From Lophium mytilinum (taxonomy: Eukaryota), in the NCBI GenBank assembly GCA_010093605.1, contig MU004183.1, positions 2,046,001-2,110,000 on the forward strand: a stretch of DNA of 64,000 nucleotides, given 5' to 3'. The notes under the pieces are model-generated. The model did no database searches and was not told the DNA's origin. It saw only the letters and a program-made list of their open reading frames with translations. Shown one piece after another: positions 47,301 to 60,365 of the stretch. Each line of letters opens with the position of its first letter. Position 1 is the first letter of the stretch. The translations under genes were made by a program, and so were the position numbers.

Positions 47301-48647
47301 TGCGAAATCTTGTTAGCAGCGATAGGTGAAGGTAGTGTCAAAGACAACTGGAGGAATATAGAGATAAGGACTGCGGCTCTCTCTGGACCAGAGATGGAAC
47401 ACACCCTTTGTTTCGAGAGCAACGTAACATTCCTGCGTCTATGCACGGTTTTGAGAGCAATATGATGCGATAAGTCGAGCGGTAGTTGATACAGACGAAC
47501 GTTGCGGTTCCCAGTAGTGGAGCTTGTAGAGATGAAGGAGGCGAATGGAAGAACTGGGTGGACAGCAAGAATTTATTCTATCGGATATCAAATGGGTGTG
47601 GCACAACGATGAGCGGGAGTAAAATAGAAAAGCAATCCAGACCAGATGTGTGGCCTAAAGCTGTTGAATTGAAGATGGTGAGGAAGCTAGCTATTGTGTG
47701 GAAGGGGGAGACATATACAAAGAATGCTGAGTAAGCCCGCAAGAGAGGAAGGGGCCCGACACTGAGTAGCTGGGCTCTGGTTAGGTGTGCGAAGCATATA
47801 GAGCATGACATTACTAACCATCTGAAACTCTAGCTGATCGTACAGCAACGTCGTCATATACATCTGTACACTTTTCTGTAATGTTTATGATGTCTCATAG
47901 TAGCTTTAAGATTCTAAGGAGAAATTAGGCATCTTGAACAGCTTGGTAAACTCGCGAGCCCACTTCAAACAGTGTCAGAGTAGGGTATAAACAATTGGAC
48001 TGTGCTCTGTTACCCCTGATGCCTATTAGTCCGTTGGGGGCCTACGCGCATTGACAAGAGATTGTACGCATAACTATGACAAGGCACTGGACGCTTGAAT
48101 CACCGGAAATCTAATCGTTCGGGCATCGACTTCAGTCATCAATGACATTCTTATTCAGACTTGCTTGATATAGTTGGATCTGAGCGGGGTTTCCAATCGG
48201 CCATTAAGGTCCTCGCATCCCATCGAGATCAGGAGTGAGTATGGGCATCTTGGTACCGACAAATACTCGTGGGAACTCTTATCAGGATATCTGACTCGCG
48301 GTCAAGGGTAAGAGCACAAGCTTTGAAAGCCGTTAGGATCGTGAAGAGTAGGCAAGTGAACCGCAATGATAATCCTTCATCAAGAGCTTTGCAACCTCGT
48401 GCGCGATTCGAAAATCTGACCCCACCTAGCTGGACAATTCCGTCATCTGGATGTAAGGAATGAATTACCGCGTACTGAAGTTAGCCTTGTTATTTCGAAA
48501 GTGTAGATTTTCTTCCTTTCCGACTAGTCACGGAGCTCTTATGGCCAGCTCGAGATATTGGACCGACGAGATCCATGAGATCCGAGCTAGTAGTATCACT
48601 TTGAACTTCATGGGTCAACGGTGTCGACTTTGTTACCCTCAGCCACT

Positions 48648-51244
48648 TCAAGTTCCGCTCGATGGGGTTGGAGGCGCAGAATCATCGCGCCGCAGACTTC
48701 TCGATGTACTCGCCGAGCGACTAGAGTCTCTCGTCGAAGATTTCGACAAACTCCACGACGAACTGGCTCCGCTTGTCTCCTTCTTCAAGTCCGGCGCTAG
48801 CTCATTCCACCTCGTAAGCACCTCCATCCTCTCTTCTTCAGTTGAGTTTTTAACCTCTTCAAATCCGAGCGCGAAATGTGCTGCGAGAATAAAACTTAGG
48901 GTACCTGAGCCCATTCTCTTTTTGATCGTGTCGTAGACTGCGCGGATGCCGTAAGGCTTGCCGCCTATGACAAGACCGCGTTTGGGAAACAAGACATGTC
49001 CAAATCCCTTTCCTAAGCCTTTACCGAAACCGCGCCAACCGTCTGCTCTGGCTCCTTTATACGGTTCGTACACAATACCTGCGTAGGCTTTGCCGACGTT
49101 GATGGGCCAGTGAATAATGCCAGACGCAAGTGAGCCCAGAGTATTGAGCACAGGGTTGGCGCCGGTAGCATTGGAGATGACAGTGCTCTCTGCAACCGCA
49201 TACTCGTAGGGGCGGTAGAGGCGAAGTTGATTGACATCAAGCATACGCTCGTTGCCCAATACTGTTGCCGCAAATGCGCTGAGCCGTACATCGGCGGTCG
49301 TAGAATCTTTCGTCTTGACGCGCCATACTGCTGGACGACTGGGCACCATCGCGCAACGGAGGCTGTCAACGTGCATTTGGGCGTGGAAACTTGCCGCACC
49401 AGCCTCACATCCTTTTTCTTCGCGGATACGCTCGCCTAACTCACGAGCCCGCTCGAGAGTCTCCGGTTTCAGTGCATGGAGGATGCTATCCGCGAGTCCT
49501 TGCGCCGTAAGGTCCTTGTACGGAATCGGCGAAGGTCCTGCACCGGCGCGTGCAACCATGGCACCCCAAAAGGGCTGGTCGCCGAAGAAAGGTACGATGA
49601 CGGTTGGACGCCCCAGTGCAATGCCAGCAGCGGTTGTGCCAGCGCCACCGTGGTGAACCACACAAGAGACGTGTTGGAATAGCCAATCGTGTGGGCAATT
49701 GCCGAGCATAAAGACGTTGTCAGGTTTAGCAAGATCATCCCCACCGAGGCCGCCCCAACCTTTCGATACTAGCGCGCGTTGACCGGTCTTTCGTACAGCG
49801 TCGAATATAAGCGTAGTCATTGCATTTGGGTCGTCCACAACGATTGATCCAAAACCGATATACACTGGTGGAGGGCCTGCAGCCAGGAATGCTGCGAGGT
49901 CAGACTCCGGCTGGTAGTTGGAGGCTAGGGACAGGAAATAAAAGCCTGATATATCGATATAACTGCCCCAGTCCTTAGGTTTCGGAATCAAGGCTGGAGA
50001 CCTGTTGGACGTGTTAGCCTCAAAGCCCTCAGAGGGTTGGGAACAAGCACACAAAGGTCAAGCATACCAACAGTAGGTGTACGGTATTCGTAGCCGATGG
50101 AGCATGGTGGTCGCCGCGGCTTGAGTGATTTCTTCAAGACCGAGTGTCTCTTTCCTAAACTTGTTGGTGATATCCCCAAGACCCTGCCAAGTCATCATAT
50201 CAACGAGTGTATAGCTCATTTCGTTCGTCATACTGCCGGTGGCATTGGATGATTTAATATTCGCTATTGGATGCGGAAAATCGTGGGTCGGAGACCAAGG
50301 CATGCTAAAAGACCCTCAATTAGCGCATGTACCCACTACTAGATAAGAGGCAAGATTGGACACGCACGTGAACATGAGATGCAGCGGGATGCCGAGCTTT
50401 TCTGCGCAATGTATATGCGCGAAACTTGGCGGATTGGCAATGATGGCATGGGCAATGAAGGGAGGCTTCGATTTCGGGGCGTTCGGGGTGTTTTCATCCG
50501 CCTTCTCGACTTCGTCCGCGTCGGCGCATGATTTCCAGCATCCTTCGAGTATCTCGGCCATGCCCTTCCGTCTCTTGCCTACATCGCCGGCCTTGAGCGA
50601 CTTCATTCCTGGAATGAGACCTGGGTTCTTGACCATGAAAGCCATCAATTCAGCTGGGTCACCGCCAATCTCGAAGAACTCCAAGCCATTCTCCTCGACG
50701 AACTTCTTGAAGGTCCCGTGTGTAGCAATACGGACGCGGTGTCCGTAGCTGTTCTTCAATTCTCGACCAAGCGCAACGAACGGCTGCACGTCCCCTCGCG
50801 AGCCAACAACATGGACGACAATGTTGAGAGGCGGAGGCGCCTCATATAGCTCGCCGTAGGGTGTTGGTGTGTATAATGGTGATGGGGCTTCGGGCTGTTC
50901 TTGTAGGGACGCATGCTGGAGCTGCTCAATCTCTTTCGCAAGTCTCTCATCGGTTTCGTTTATACGTATTTCCAGGCGCCCGTCATCTAGTTCCTTAGTC
51001 AGCTCAGATCACGAAGAAGACCTGGTGAGGTAAAGAACACGGAGTAGGAGAAAAATGTGATGTCATGTTTGAGGCCGGGTGAATTAGGCGTCTATAGAGA
51101 GGACTGACTGCTGACTTGGGCTTGAGTGCTGAGTCCATCCTGGCGTATATCGAGAGTTCCTGTGGCATCGTTGTATGTCGGAGGAGGCTCATTCAGTAGC
51201 GGAGGAGCCTCTTCTGAATGCGCAAGAGGATTAGTTGAAGCCAT
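48648..51244 (-). CDS. Sterol 3-beta-glucosyltransferase-like GT1 (Glyco_transf_28 plus UDPGT)
   Basis: [71 protein letters not shown]; introns about 51108-50987, 50367-50305 and 50067-50002. Confidence 0.93.
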
Positions 51245-51849
51245 TGAAGCTTTTTGGTGCGCCCAATGGCATGGGACGCGTCTGCAAGGAGAAGAGGGGC
51301 ACAGCTGCAAGCTTCGAATCTCCGCACCGGGGAACACTTTGGAGCGATCCAGTCAGGGTCAAACGTGAGACTTTGGTGAAGTATCCATATATGCACAATG
51401 ACTAAGAGCCAATGTTTAAAAGCTCAGGATGAACAGTGCAGGTATGCCGCCCCTCCACAGCTCTAGGCGGCGAAGCCTTCGCCAAGTAGCGCCGGGGCTG
51501 AAGCTCAAGATTTGTCGTATTCAAAACGGAGTACATTCCTTGGCGTTTTTCTCCGTGCACCCCCCCTAATTTTATAAGCGCGCGCCTGGGATTATAGATA
51601 GGTTATACCTTAATTTTTAACCACTTTTTAATGTGCCTATTTTAATTATTAGTAAGGCCTCTTATATATATATTAGAGCTTATATACTAATAATTTTTAG
51701 TATTTCTAGTATAAGTTAATAACTTAATCTATAGTTAAATCCTCCTCTCTACTAGTGCGTAAACCTAACTCTAGAATTAAACCCTAATATTAGCCTTATA
51801 GCGCCTAGATATTATGCAGCTCCTCTAGCTTAATAAGCACCCTAAATAG

Positions 51850-52860
51850 ATTACTAAGGTTATTTATATCTACTAGAAGATAGTATATAATATAGAAAAA
51901 TATATAATTCTCTATAGCGCGCCCGTAAGGCCTCTATAAATTAAGATAGAATAGCTAAAAAGACTTACTATAGTAGATAAAAAGGTAGTGCTCTAATAGC
52001 TTATAGAAGATAGCTAGTATAATTAAAATAAGATTTAAATATAGCTTAATCTTAAGTATAGTATTAAAGTTTTATAGCTAACTATATTACGCATAATAAA
52101 GAGAAATAAATAGAGTAAGAAGTAGGCCTAGCGCTAGTTAAACCGCGCAAGTAAGAAGTTAAGATTAAAGTACTTAGAGCTTACTAGTTACTATAAGCTA
52201 GAAGATTTTATCTTTTTTAATAAGTCTATATTTAATAAGAAGACTAGCTAGCGCTATTATATATATATATCTATTAGAAGTTCTATATACTACTAGAGAC
52301 CTATAAATTATAGAAATATATAGAGTATATATATAGTAATAAGTATAGTAGAGTAGCTACTATATATAGCTATATAAGAGGGCTACTTTAATACTAAGAA
52401 GTTCTAAAGCTAGGTTATTACTACTCTTCTACTAGCTATAGAAGGTAAGTTTAAGGGCTGCTTAAAGGTTATTATTCTAGATAATATTAGAATATATACT
52501 AAGAAAGCTCTTATATACATAATCTAGGTATAAGAATATCTAGTATATTTTCTACTACTATACTTACTAGATTTTAACTCTATAGAGTTAACCTTTACTA
52601 TACTAAAAATATAGATCCGCAGGCGTTACTATTACCTACGCCCGGCCTATTATAACTTTAGTAACTTTCTAAGGGCTACTATTAAGTAGAGCTAGTATAA
52701 TTATTTTACTTAAAAGTAGTTCTATTATATAGCTAGAGAAGTATACTATATAAGAGAAGAGATAGATAGAATTTAGGCTAAGCTAGATGCGTATAAAAGA
52801 GGTAATATTAATACTTAGATTAAGAAGAAGTAGATAGAGAAGTAAGTTAAGGCCTAAGTA
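51850..52860 (+). pseudogene. IS630/Tc1-mariner (DDE_3) transposase relic
   Basis: Reverting RIP changes gives FIFFDES (about 52207), IILDN.RIH (about 52471) and LPPYSPDFNPIE (ctactactatacttactagattttaactctatagag, about 52552); limits approximate. Confidence 0.75.
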
Positions 52861-54219
52861 TATACTATATATAGTCTTTCTATTTAATATATACTCTATA
52901 TATAGCCTTACTATTTTTTATATACTCTTTAAGCTAAGGCTTAAGTATTAGTACTAGTAGATAATCTATAGCTTATATATTAGTGCAGGGTAAAGTTATA
53001 TAGTAAAGCTTAATAGCTATTATTTATTTTTCTATATATTCTTACCTTTCTTTTAACTTTCTTTTTTCTTTAGACTCTATATACTATTAATTACTACCTC
53101 TATAATACTATAGCTAATAATACTATAGCTAATAATGCTAGTAATTAGGGCTCTATTAATAGCCTTATTAATAACATCCTTATAGAGCCCTCCCCCTCTC
53201 CGCCTCTTACTACGCACCTCTTTAGGCCCCTTAGGGTTTACCTAGATTCTTTAGTAATATAGATAGTAGCGGCTAGGCCGCTTCTTACTAAGAAGAAGAT
53301 AATAGGCGTTTAAGCTAAAGATAAGGCGCTAGAAGCTTCCTCTAGTAAGAGTCTAGAGAATTCTAGCCCTTAAAGGCTTTATATAGTATATAGTAGGCCT
53401 ATACACCCCCTTTCTACTCTTACTATTAGTAGAGATATCTATAATATACCTAATTAGAAGAAGAATAAAAATAAGAAAAAAGAAGAGAAAACTAATCCCC
53501 CTCTACTATATATAATTTCTAGTATAGTAGCTTAAGAATCTAGCTAACCTATTTATATAGAAAGCGCTGCGCTTACTACCTACCCTCTCCTCTTACTATT
53601 ACTATTATTCTAGGCCTGCTAACTCCCTCTTAGTATACTAATAACTTTACTACTACTTTTAGCTCCTCTACTATTACTATAGCCCTCTAAGAGCGCTTCT
53701 ACCGCGCTAAGCTTATTTATATAGAGCTTATTAATAGCTAATATAGCTAGAATTAGGTAGGCCTAGCCTATAGTATATATCTAGAGTGCGCCTAGAATAT
53801 ATCTACTAGGGGCTATTATTAGTATAATATTAATTTCTATACTAATAATAATCTAGGTAGTAAATATAGTATATATAGGGTTAGAAGTAAGTACTATACT
53901 TAGGTTAATACTGCGGAAGATATAGTAGCGTTTAAGTGGGCTCTAAAGCCTAGGGCTAGTTATACTAGAAGAAAGAAGTAGAGAATTAAGCCTATTTAAC
54001 CGTGCACTTAGAAACTATAACTATAACTTTAAAAGTTTATTACTACTAATTAATATTTCTATATAGTTAGTACGCGGATATAAATATATATATCTAAATA
54101 TATAATTTAGCTATCTATTTATATAATTTAGACTTATATTTACTAAGATATAATAAAGTAATAGATTCTATCTCTATATAGCCTTTCTATTTTATATATA
54201 CTCTATATAGTATCTAACT

Positions 54220-54485
54220 TAAGGCTTAAGTATTAGTAGTAAGAATCTTATTTTAATATTTTATAGCTTAAGTATTAGTAGTAAGAATTCTATTTTAAGG
54301 CTTAAGTATTAGCGCAGAGGAAATTTGCCCTGCGCTAATACTTAAGCCTTAAAATATTAAAATAAGATTCTTACTACTAATACTTAAGCCGTAAAATATT
54401 AGAATAGAATTCTTACTACTAATACTTAAGCTATAAGATATTAAGATATATTTTTATATTTTACTAGCACTAATACTTAAGCCTT
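54220..54485. repeat. Palindromic array of a GCTTAAGTATTAG motif inside the element
   Basis: Three forward copies (54224, 54266, 54300) and four inverted copies (54335, 54377, 54419, 54470); perfect 27-bp arms 54291-54317 and 54330-54356. Confidence 0.85.
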
Positions 54486-57110
54486 AAACTATAAATACCC
54501 TTTAATTAATAGGTAGTATATATATTATAGGTAGTATATATATTATAGGTAGTATATATTAAATAGATAGTATATATCTATTACTACGCGCTCTACCCTT
54601 TATTACCTAGTAGAGTAAGATTAAACGCTACTTTATTTTTCTAGTATAGCTACTTAAACCTATATAGCTTTTTAGTAAACTTTATAGCTATTCTATTTAA
54701 TATTTCTAGCCGCGTAGCCTTATAATACGCCTCTAAGCTTCTATTTATTATTTAATAGAGGAAATCTATATTCTAAGCCTAATCTATTACTATCTAGGCC
54801 GCCTACTACTAGCGCTAGTATAAACTAGCATTCTATATACTATTAACTTTCTAATAGAAGAACGCCTCTAGTATATCTATATTCTTCTTTTTAGAATATA
54901 CTAGGCTTAAGCTCTTTAGTTAGTAAGGTTCTACAGCGGCTAGAGCCTAAGTTAAGGGCGGTAGTAGTAGTAGTAGAGAAAGAAAAGGTATAGATATAGA
55001 TACCGGCGCATATAGAAATACTAGAAACCTAGTAGAAATATATAGATTTAGTAAATAATAGAGTAGTAAAGAAGAAGAAAAATAGTAGCTATACTACTAC
55101 TATTAAGGCTATAACTAAGGCTATAATATAGGCTACTATATACTTAAAAACCTCTTAGCTATAGCTATTATCTATTATATGCTACTAAGCTCTATAGTTT
55201 ACTTTATTATTACCTTAATATTATCTATAGTACTTACTACCTACTATACTCTTATTATCTTTACTAGCTAATAATATTCTAAACCTATAGGCCTATTTAT
55301 TTAAAGCTTCTTTAATAATTTAATTAGGGGTACTAATATAGTAGCCTTACTATATGCTATAGTATTAGCCTATACTTTCTACTACTTAGTAAGTATAATA
55401 AAGTGCTTACTACTATTAAGAAAGTAGTAGCTATTAAAGTTACTGCACCCTTTATTAGTATACTTTTAATACTGCATTAGGTCTATATTATAGTCTCTTA
55501 TATTAGTAATTTTATTTATTGCAGCCTTATACTACTATAGTAGCTTTCTACTATAACTTTTAGGCATAGCTATAGCTAGTAAGAACTTAGGCGTAATTAA
55601 CTTTCTAGATAGATTAGATATAACTTTATATTTAAATAGAAGCACTATAGTACTCTTTTAAAAGACTACCTACTTTATATTAAGGGCTATAAATAATCTA
55701 TTAAAAGAGAATATAGAGAAGTTATCTATATTATATATTTATATACCGCCTTTACTATTTAAAGTATATATTATAGTAGTATAGAAAGTAATAGTATACT
55801 TCTAGTAGTTACTATTAGCCTGCGCCTTTATAACTAGCTTATTAAGTTCTAGCTTAATATTATTACTAGAGAGGCTAAGCTATATCTTTATACCTACTAC
55901 CTTACTACCCGCCTTCTTCTTATTAATAAATAGCTAGAAAGATAGGTTAATATTATAGTCTAGAGAACTAGTAGATAATAGTAGTAATATTAATACTATA
56001 CGCTTACAGTATACTAGAGTAAGAGGGGTAGAAGAGAATATAAAAGGTAGACCTCTACTTCTATCTAGTAGTAATAATAGCGGTACTACTAGTATAGAGT
56101 TATAACTATTCTAGATCTCTTTATTCTATACTACTTCTTCTTACTACTATACTATCTTCTCTTACTATTACGCTGCCTTCTCTTACTATTACGCTACCTT
56201 CTCTTATACTGCGCGCTACCTATCTATTACTATAGCCTTATACATAGCCTTTTTAGCTGCCTAAGCCTTGCACTATAGTCTATTCTTTCTCTCTCTTACT
56301 ACCTTAGCTAAAAGATCTATACCTAGTCTTGCAGCAGCTTTAATAGTAGCTTAGCTATTATTAGAGCGTATATATCTCTCTCTCTAGGTAGTAGTCTATA
56401 TATTCTCTAGCGTAACTCTAAGTAATTTTATAAAAGTACCTACTTTTTCTCTTTCTTCTCTTTCTTCTCTTTCTCTACTTCTTCTAGCCGCTGGCGGGTC
56501 TCTAGAGTATTAGGTATTATTATTAAAGATTACACCGCGTTAAGAATATTATAGTAGTACTAGAATACTAGAAATTATTAGTATATAAGCTCTAATATAT
56601 ATATAAGAGGCCTTACTAATAGCTAATATAGGTATATTAAAAAGTAGTTAAAAATTAATATATAATCTATCTATAATCCTAGGCGCGCGCTTATAAAATT
56701 AGGGGGGGTGCATGGAGAAAAACGCTAAGGAATGTACTCTATTTTAAATACAATAAATGCTAGTGCACATTACTACTCTACTAGCGCAGCGCTAACTTTG
56801 CGAGCATTGCTGTATATCTCAATGTACGTTGAGATAAGCACCATAAGGCGACAGGTTCGTGTTATGCTTATATTTCCTTAATTCAAGTGTCTTTTGTGTC
56901 TCTGGGGTGAACGCGGGAAGGGCGGGTTCCGATTCATGTTGAGCATATCACAGGGTGGGAATGGGTTGCGAGTTAATTAAGAACAAGTAGATAGATCAGT
57001 AATAAGTATATAGGTTCATAACAAGAGAGCAATTATAGGAAATTTGTTACGCTGCGGGGCTTTTTTCATGCCTCAAATACCTAACATCACCCTCTCGTCC
57101 AAGACGCAGT

Positions 57111-58364
57111 TCACGCTCCCAGAGTCACCACCTCAATAACGCCACTCCTCTCCCTCTCCAAGCTCACCTCGACCCACCCATCACTCTCAACCCTCACAAT
57201 CTTCCCATCCACACAAATCCTCCTCCACCTCCCTTCCTCTTCCAGCCCCCGAAAGTCAACCTTCAAACCCTCCACCGCCTCATACCCCACCGCCTCCTCC
57301 TCCACATGCTTCCCCCCATCATACGCCAAACCCATCACCCGCATCGCCTCCTCCCCCGCCAACGGCCCAAAATGCACAACCCGCAACCGCGCCTCCAGCG
57401 GCCTCGACGCCGGTGAAATCCGAAACGTCGCCTCCAGATTCGACACTAGCGTTGCGAGCACATACATATGCGCCGCCCTCCCTGGCGCCAACTCCTCCCA
57501 GGCCCCAGAAGCCTCGCGCCGTACCACCACGGCGCCCTTGAACGCGTGCGGCGGTCCCCCGTCGGCGGGGAACAGGGCCTCTTTCGCGGCCATCCCGAAG
57601 CGGGCGGCGCCGTGCGCACGGTACGCGGCCGTGTCGCTGTCGCCGACCAGGCAGGCGTGCATGCCCCAGGAGCACACGACGGCGCCGTAGAGCGCGCCGC
57701 CGGGGATGGACTCCTCGTCGCGCGCTTCATTGGTGAGGAGGCGGGCGCCGGGGGAGAAGCGGGCGCGGAAGCAGGGGAGTGGGTGGGGGGTGCCGCGGGC
57801 GAGGGAGGAGAGGCCGTGTGTGGCGTCGCCAGGGGGCAGGGTGGAGTGGGCGAGGGCATTGCCGGTGCCTAGGGGGAGGAGGATGATGGTGGGGGGTTTG
57901 AAAGCAGGGGAAGAAGGGGTGGAGAGGAGGGTATTGAGGATGTCAAGGAGGCCGCCGTCACCGGAGAGGAGGATGAGGCGCTGGGGGTGGCCCGCAACTG
58001 CGGCGGGGAGGAAAATGGTGGTGGTTAGGTCTGTGACGGTCGAGATAGACTCGGTAGTGTGGAGGGTGTAGTTTTCTGTTTCTTCTAGGCTCATGTGCCC
58101 GAGGAGGGGCTTCAAGGCCTGGGTATAAAAAGTAGAGGCGAGGCCGGTGCCGGAAGCGGTAGAAATGATGATGTGGGTGTGTACATTTTGAAATGGGAGA
58201 GCGTTGAATGCGTACTTTTTCTGTTCATCTTCCGTTAAGGAGGTGGCTGGTATGGTTTTAATATGCGGGATCTTGTTCTCGCCCTCCTCAGTGTAGACGA
58301 GTTCGAACTGGCCACTTTCACCTGGCTTCGGGAAGACTCCGATGATGTTTTGTGGGTTGACCAT
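57111..58364 (-). CDS. Diacylglycerol-kinase-catalytic-domain lipid kinase (sphingoid base kinase-like)
   Basis: IIISTASG, LSGDGGLLDILN, LPLGTGNALA and ICVDGK motifs; true start uncertain. Confidence 0.85.
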   Translation of the reverse strand: MVNPQNIIGVFPKPGESGQFELVYTEEGENKIPHIKTIPATSLTEDEQKKYAFNALPFQNVHTHIIISTASGTGLASTFYTQALKPLLGHMSLEETENYTLHTTESISTVTDLTTTIFLPAAVAGHPQRLILLSGDGGLLDILNTLLSTPSSPAFKPPTIILLPLGTGNALAHSTLPPGDATHGLSSLARGTPHPLPCFRARFSPGARLLTNEARDEESIPGGALYGAVVCSWGMHACLVGDSDTAAYRAHGAARFGMAAKEALFPADGGPPHAFKGAVVVRREASGAWEELAPGRAAHMYVLATLVSNLEATFRISPASRPLEARLRVVHFGPLAGEEAMRVMGLAYDGGKHVEEEAVGYEAVEGLKVDFRGLEEEGRWRRICVDGKIVRVESDGWVEVSLERERSGVIEVVTLGA

Positions 58365-59197
58365 GGCGGAGGTCTCGGACACCGACGTCGTGTTTGTTGA
58401 AGAGCAAGTCCCACCAGATGCATGGTGTCACTTAGTACCGGGGGTGGTGTAACCTAGCTGTCGGCATCCAGGAAGGTGAGGCAGTGATAAGCACGCCATG
58501 CTTGCTTGCTAGGGTTCATCAGACAAAAAGTGGCAGTCAGCGAATGTATGGTTAAACCTACTCTGGGGTTGTTACATATCGATTCGCCTAGCACCGCTTG
58601 AGGTCTTCTGATACGCCATCAAAAACTTGAAAACAACAGTTTTGACAACCCGATAGCTCTTGGGGCCAGCTCAGACGGCGTCAGATTATGCCACTTTTGT
58701 CCCGGTTTGCGGAGTCGCTTAACCTGTCCAAGCAGCTAACCTGTATAAGACAGCTGTCTTTGAGGCCTGCGGGCGATACTCCAGGCTCCTATTCGCTGCG
58801 TTTCTCACTGCTGTTGCCATTGTGTTTCTCTATAACGATGCCAGCAACGATACTGGCATACATATATCAACAATCACTCGCTGGCGGTTGACAAAATAAG
58901 CCTCGCTGCGCCGTCAGCAAGTGCCTCATCCGTCATCATCTCGCGCTCGCTAGCCTTAGCTTGTCCCGTCCAAGCTCCGCTCATCTATCATCACATCAGC
59001 TCGTCGCTGCCAACCTCACTCCCACCGTCAGCTGTCCTCTCAGCCTCCACAAACCTTTCAGAACCCAATCCACCATCACGAACCCATCGCCCCACCGGCC
59101 GCGACCTCTACCCTACTGATCCGCGCACCGCCGCGCACCCATCAACCTCCACCTAATCTCACCACCACAAAACCACAACCCAAAACCGCCTACCACA

Positions 59198-60034
59198 ATG
59201 CCGCCCACCCTCACCAGCCTCACGTCGCGCACCCTCTCCTCCCTCCTCCTCGCCGCCCGCGCCACCAAAACCCCGACCCCCGCCAAAATCCGCCCCAAAA
59301 AACACGGCATCTCCGGCTGGGCCGTCTTCCTAATCGTCGTCCTCGTGCTCCTCATCCTCGCCGCCGTCGCCTGGGTCGTATACTCACGCCTACGCGCCCG
59401 CCGCCTAGGCCTGCCCCCACCCCCGCTCAACCCCTTCGCCAGCTCGCGCTCCGGCCCTAGCAGCAACTACCCCGCGCCCGCCCCAGGCGGCGTAAAGGGC
59501 TGGATCGACACGCAGGTGCGCAAGTTCAAGAACCGGCGGTACGCGACGGGCGCGTACGAGGAGCCGACGGGGTACGGGGGCGCCGGGGGAGCGGCGCGGG
59601 GACGAGGCGCGGGCAGGGGCCCGCTGGATCCGGATGAGGCGTGGGATGCGCATGTCGGGAATGAGGCGTACTATGAGGAGCAGGAGCTGGGGCTGCATGC
59701 GCCGGCGCCCGGAGGGAATGCGGCGTATGGCGGACCCACAGGGTATACGGGGGCGTATGGCGGGGATGGGGTGGGAGGGGCGGAGAGGGGGAGGAGTCGC
59801 ACGAGGGAATTGGATGAGCGGTATGAGGAGGAGATGCATGGGGGCGCGAAGCATTCGACGAATCCGTTTGGGGATGATAATGCGGTTAGTTTGAGGGGGG
59901 TGAGCCCGAGGCCGTTGGAGACGGAGAGGACGGGCGGTGCGTATGGCGCGCCGGCTGGTGCGGGGCATAAGAAGACGGGCAGTGGGGATAGCAGTCCGAC
60001 GGAGCGAAGGAGTATGTTCAGGGAGAACATGTAG
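59198..60034 (+). CDS. Conserved fungal single-pass membrane protein with Gly-rich cytoplasmic tail
   Basis: TM helix GWAVFLIVVLVLLILAAVAWVVY, then RARRLGLPPP, LDPDEAWD.HV, NPFGDD, ERRSMFRENM. Confidence 0.8.
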   Translation: MPPTLTSLTSRTLSSLLLAARATKTPTPAKIRPKKHGISGWAVFLIVVLVLLILAAVAWVVYSRLRARRLGLPPPPLNPFASSRSGPSSNYPAPAPGGVKGWIDTQVRKFKNRRYATGAYEEPTGYGGAGGAARGRGAGRGPLDPDEAWDAHVGNEAYYEEQELGLHAPAPGGNAAYGGPTGYTGAYGGDGVGGAERGRSRTRELDERYEEEMHGGAKHSTNPFGDDNAVSLRGVSPRPLETERTGGAYGAPAGAGHKKTGSGDSSPTERRSMFRENM

Positions 60035-60365
60035 GGGATAGTTCTGGGGTTGAGTTGGGCTGGTTGAAAGGGAGGTTCAGTGGGGGAGGGATATTGGTAT
60101 GGTATGGTATGGATATGAGTCACAGAGCACGGTTCCAAGCGTTCATGTATTTCAATTGGACGGAGTCAATTCTCTACCTTGGGTCGGTTTTGTATGTTTG
60201 TGTTTGTTCTTAAAGCCATGGGAGGGACCCTTCAAAATATCAATCCTCAATTGAGCAGCAAATACAAGTCCCACTACTGTTGAATTGGCCGTGTTTCCGT
60301 CCAATATCTGTGCTTTGATTTGGATTCATTCTTGGTTGGAATTCTGATCTATGATCATATTTCCG

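Larger units (their letters stand above)
51510..56758. mobile_element. RIP-inactivated 5.2-kb DNA transposon with about 200-bp terminal inverted repeats
   Basis: Abrupt AT-rich, TpA-rich block with no ORF of 60 aa or more; 51510-51712 is the reverse complement of about 56558-56758 (gagtacattcctt.gcgtttttctcc.tgcacccccc ctaattttataagcgcgcgcct.ggattatagata). Confidence 0.92.

Noticed and set aside
42366..51244. Secondary metabolite cluster (monooxygenase plus glycosyltransferase)
   Set aside because: No backbone enzyme, transporter or cluster regulator; unrelated genes lie between them
54220..54570. CRISPR-like repeat-spacer appearance
   Set aside because: Eukaryotic RIP-mutated transposon interior; spacers are themselves repeated and orientation flips; no cas genes
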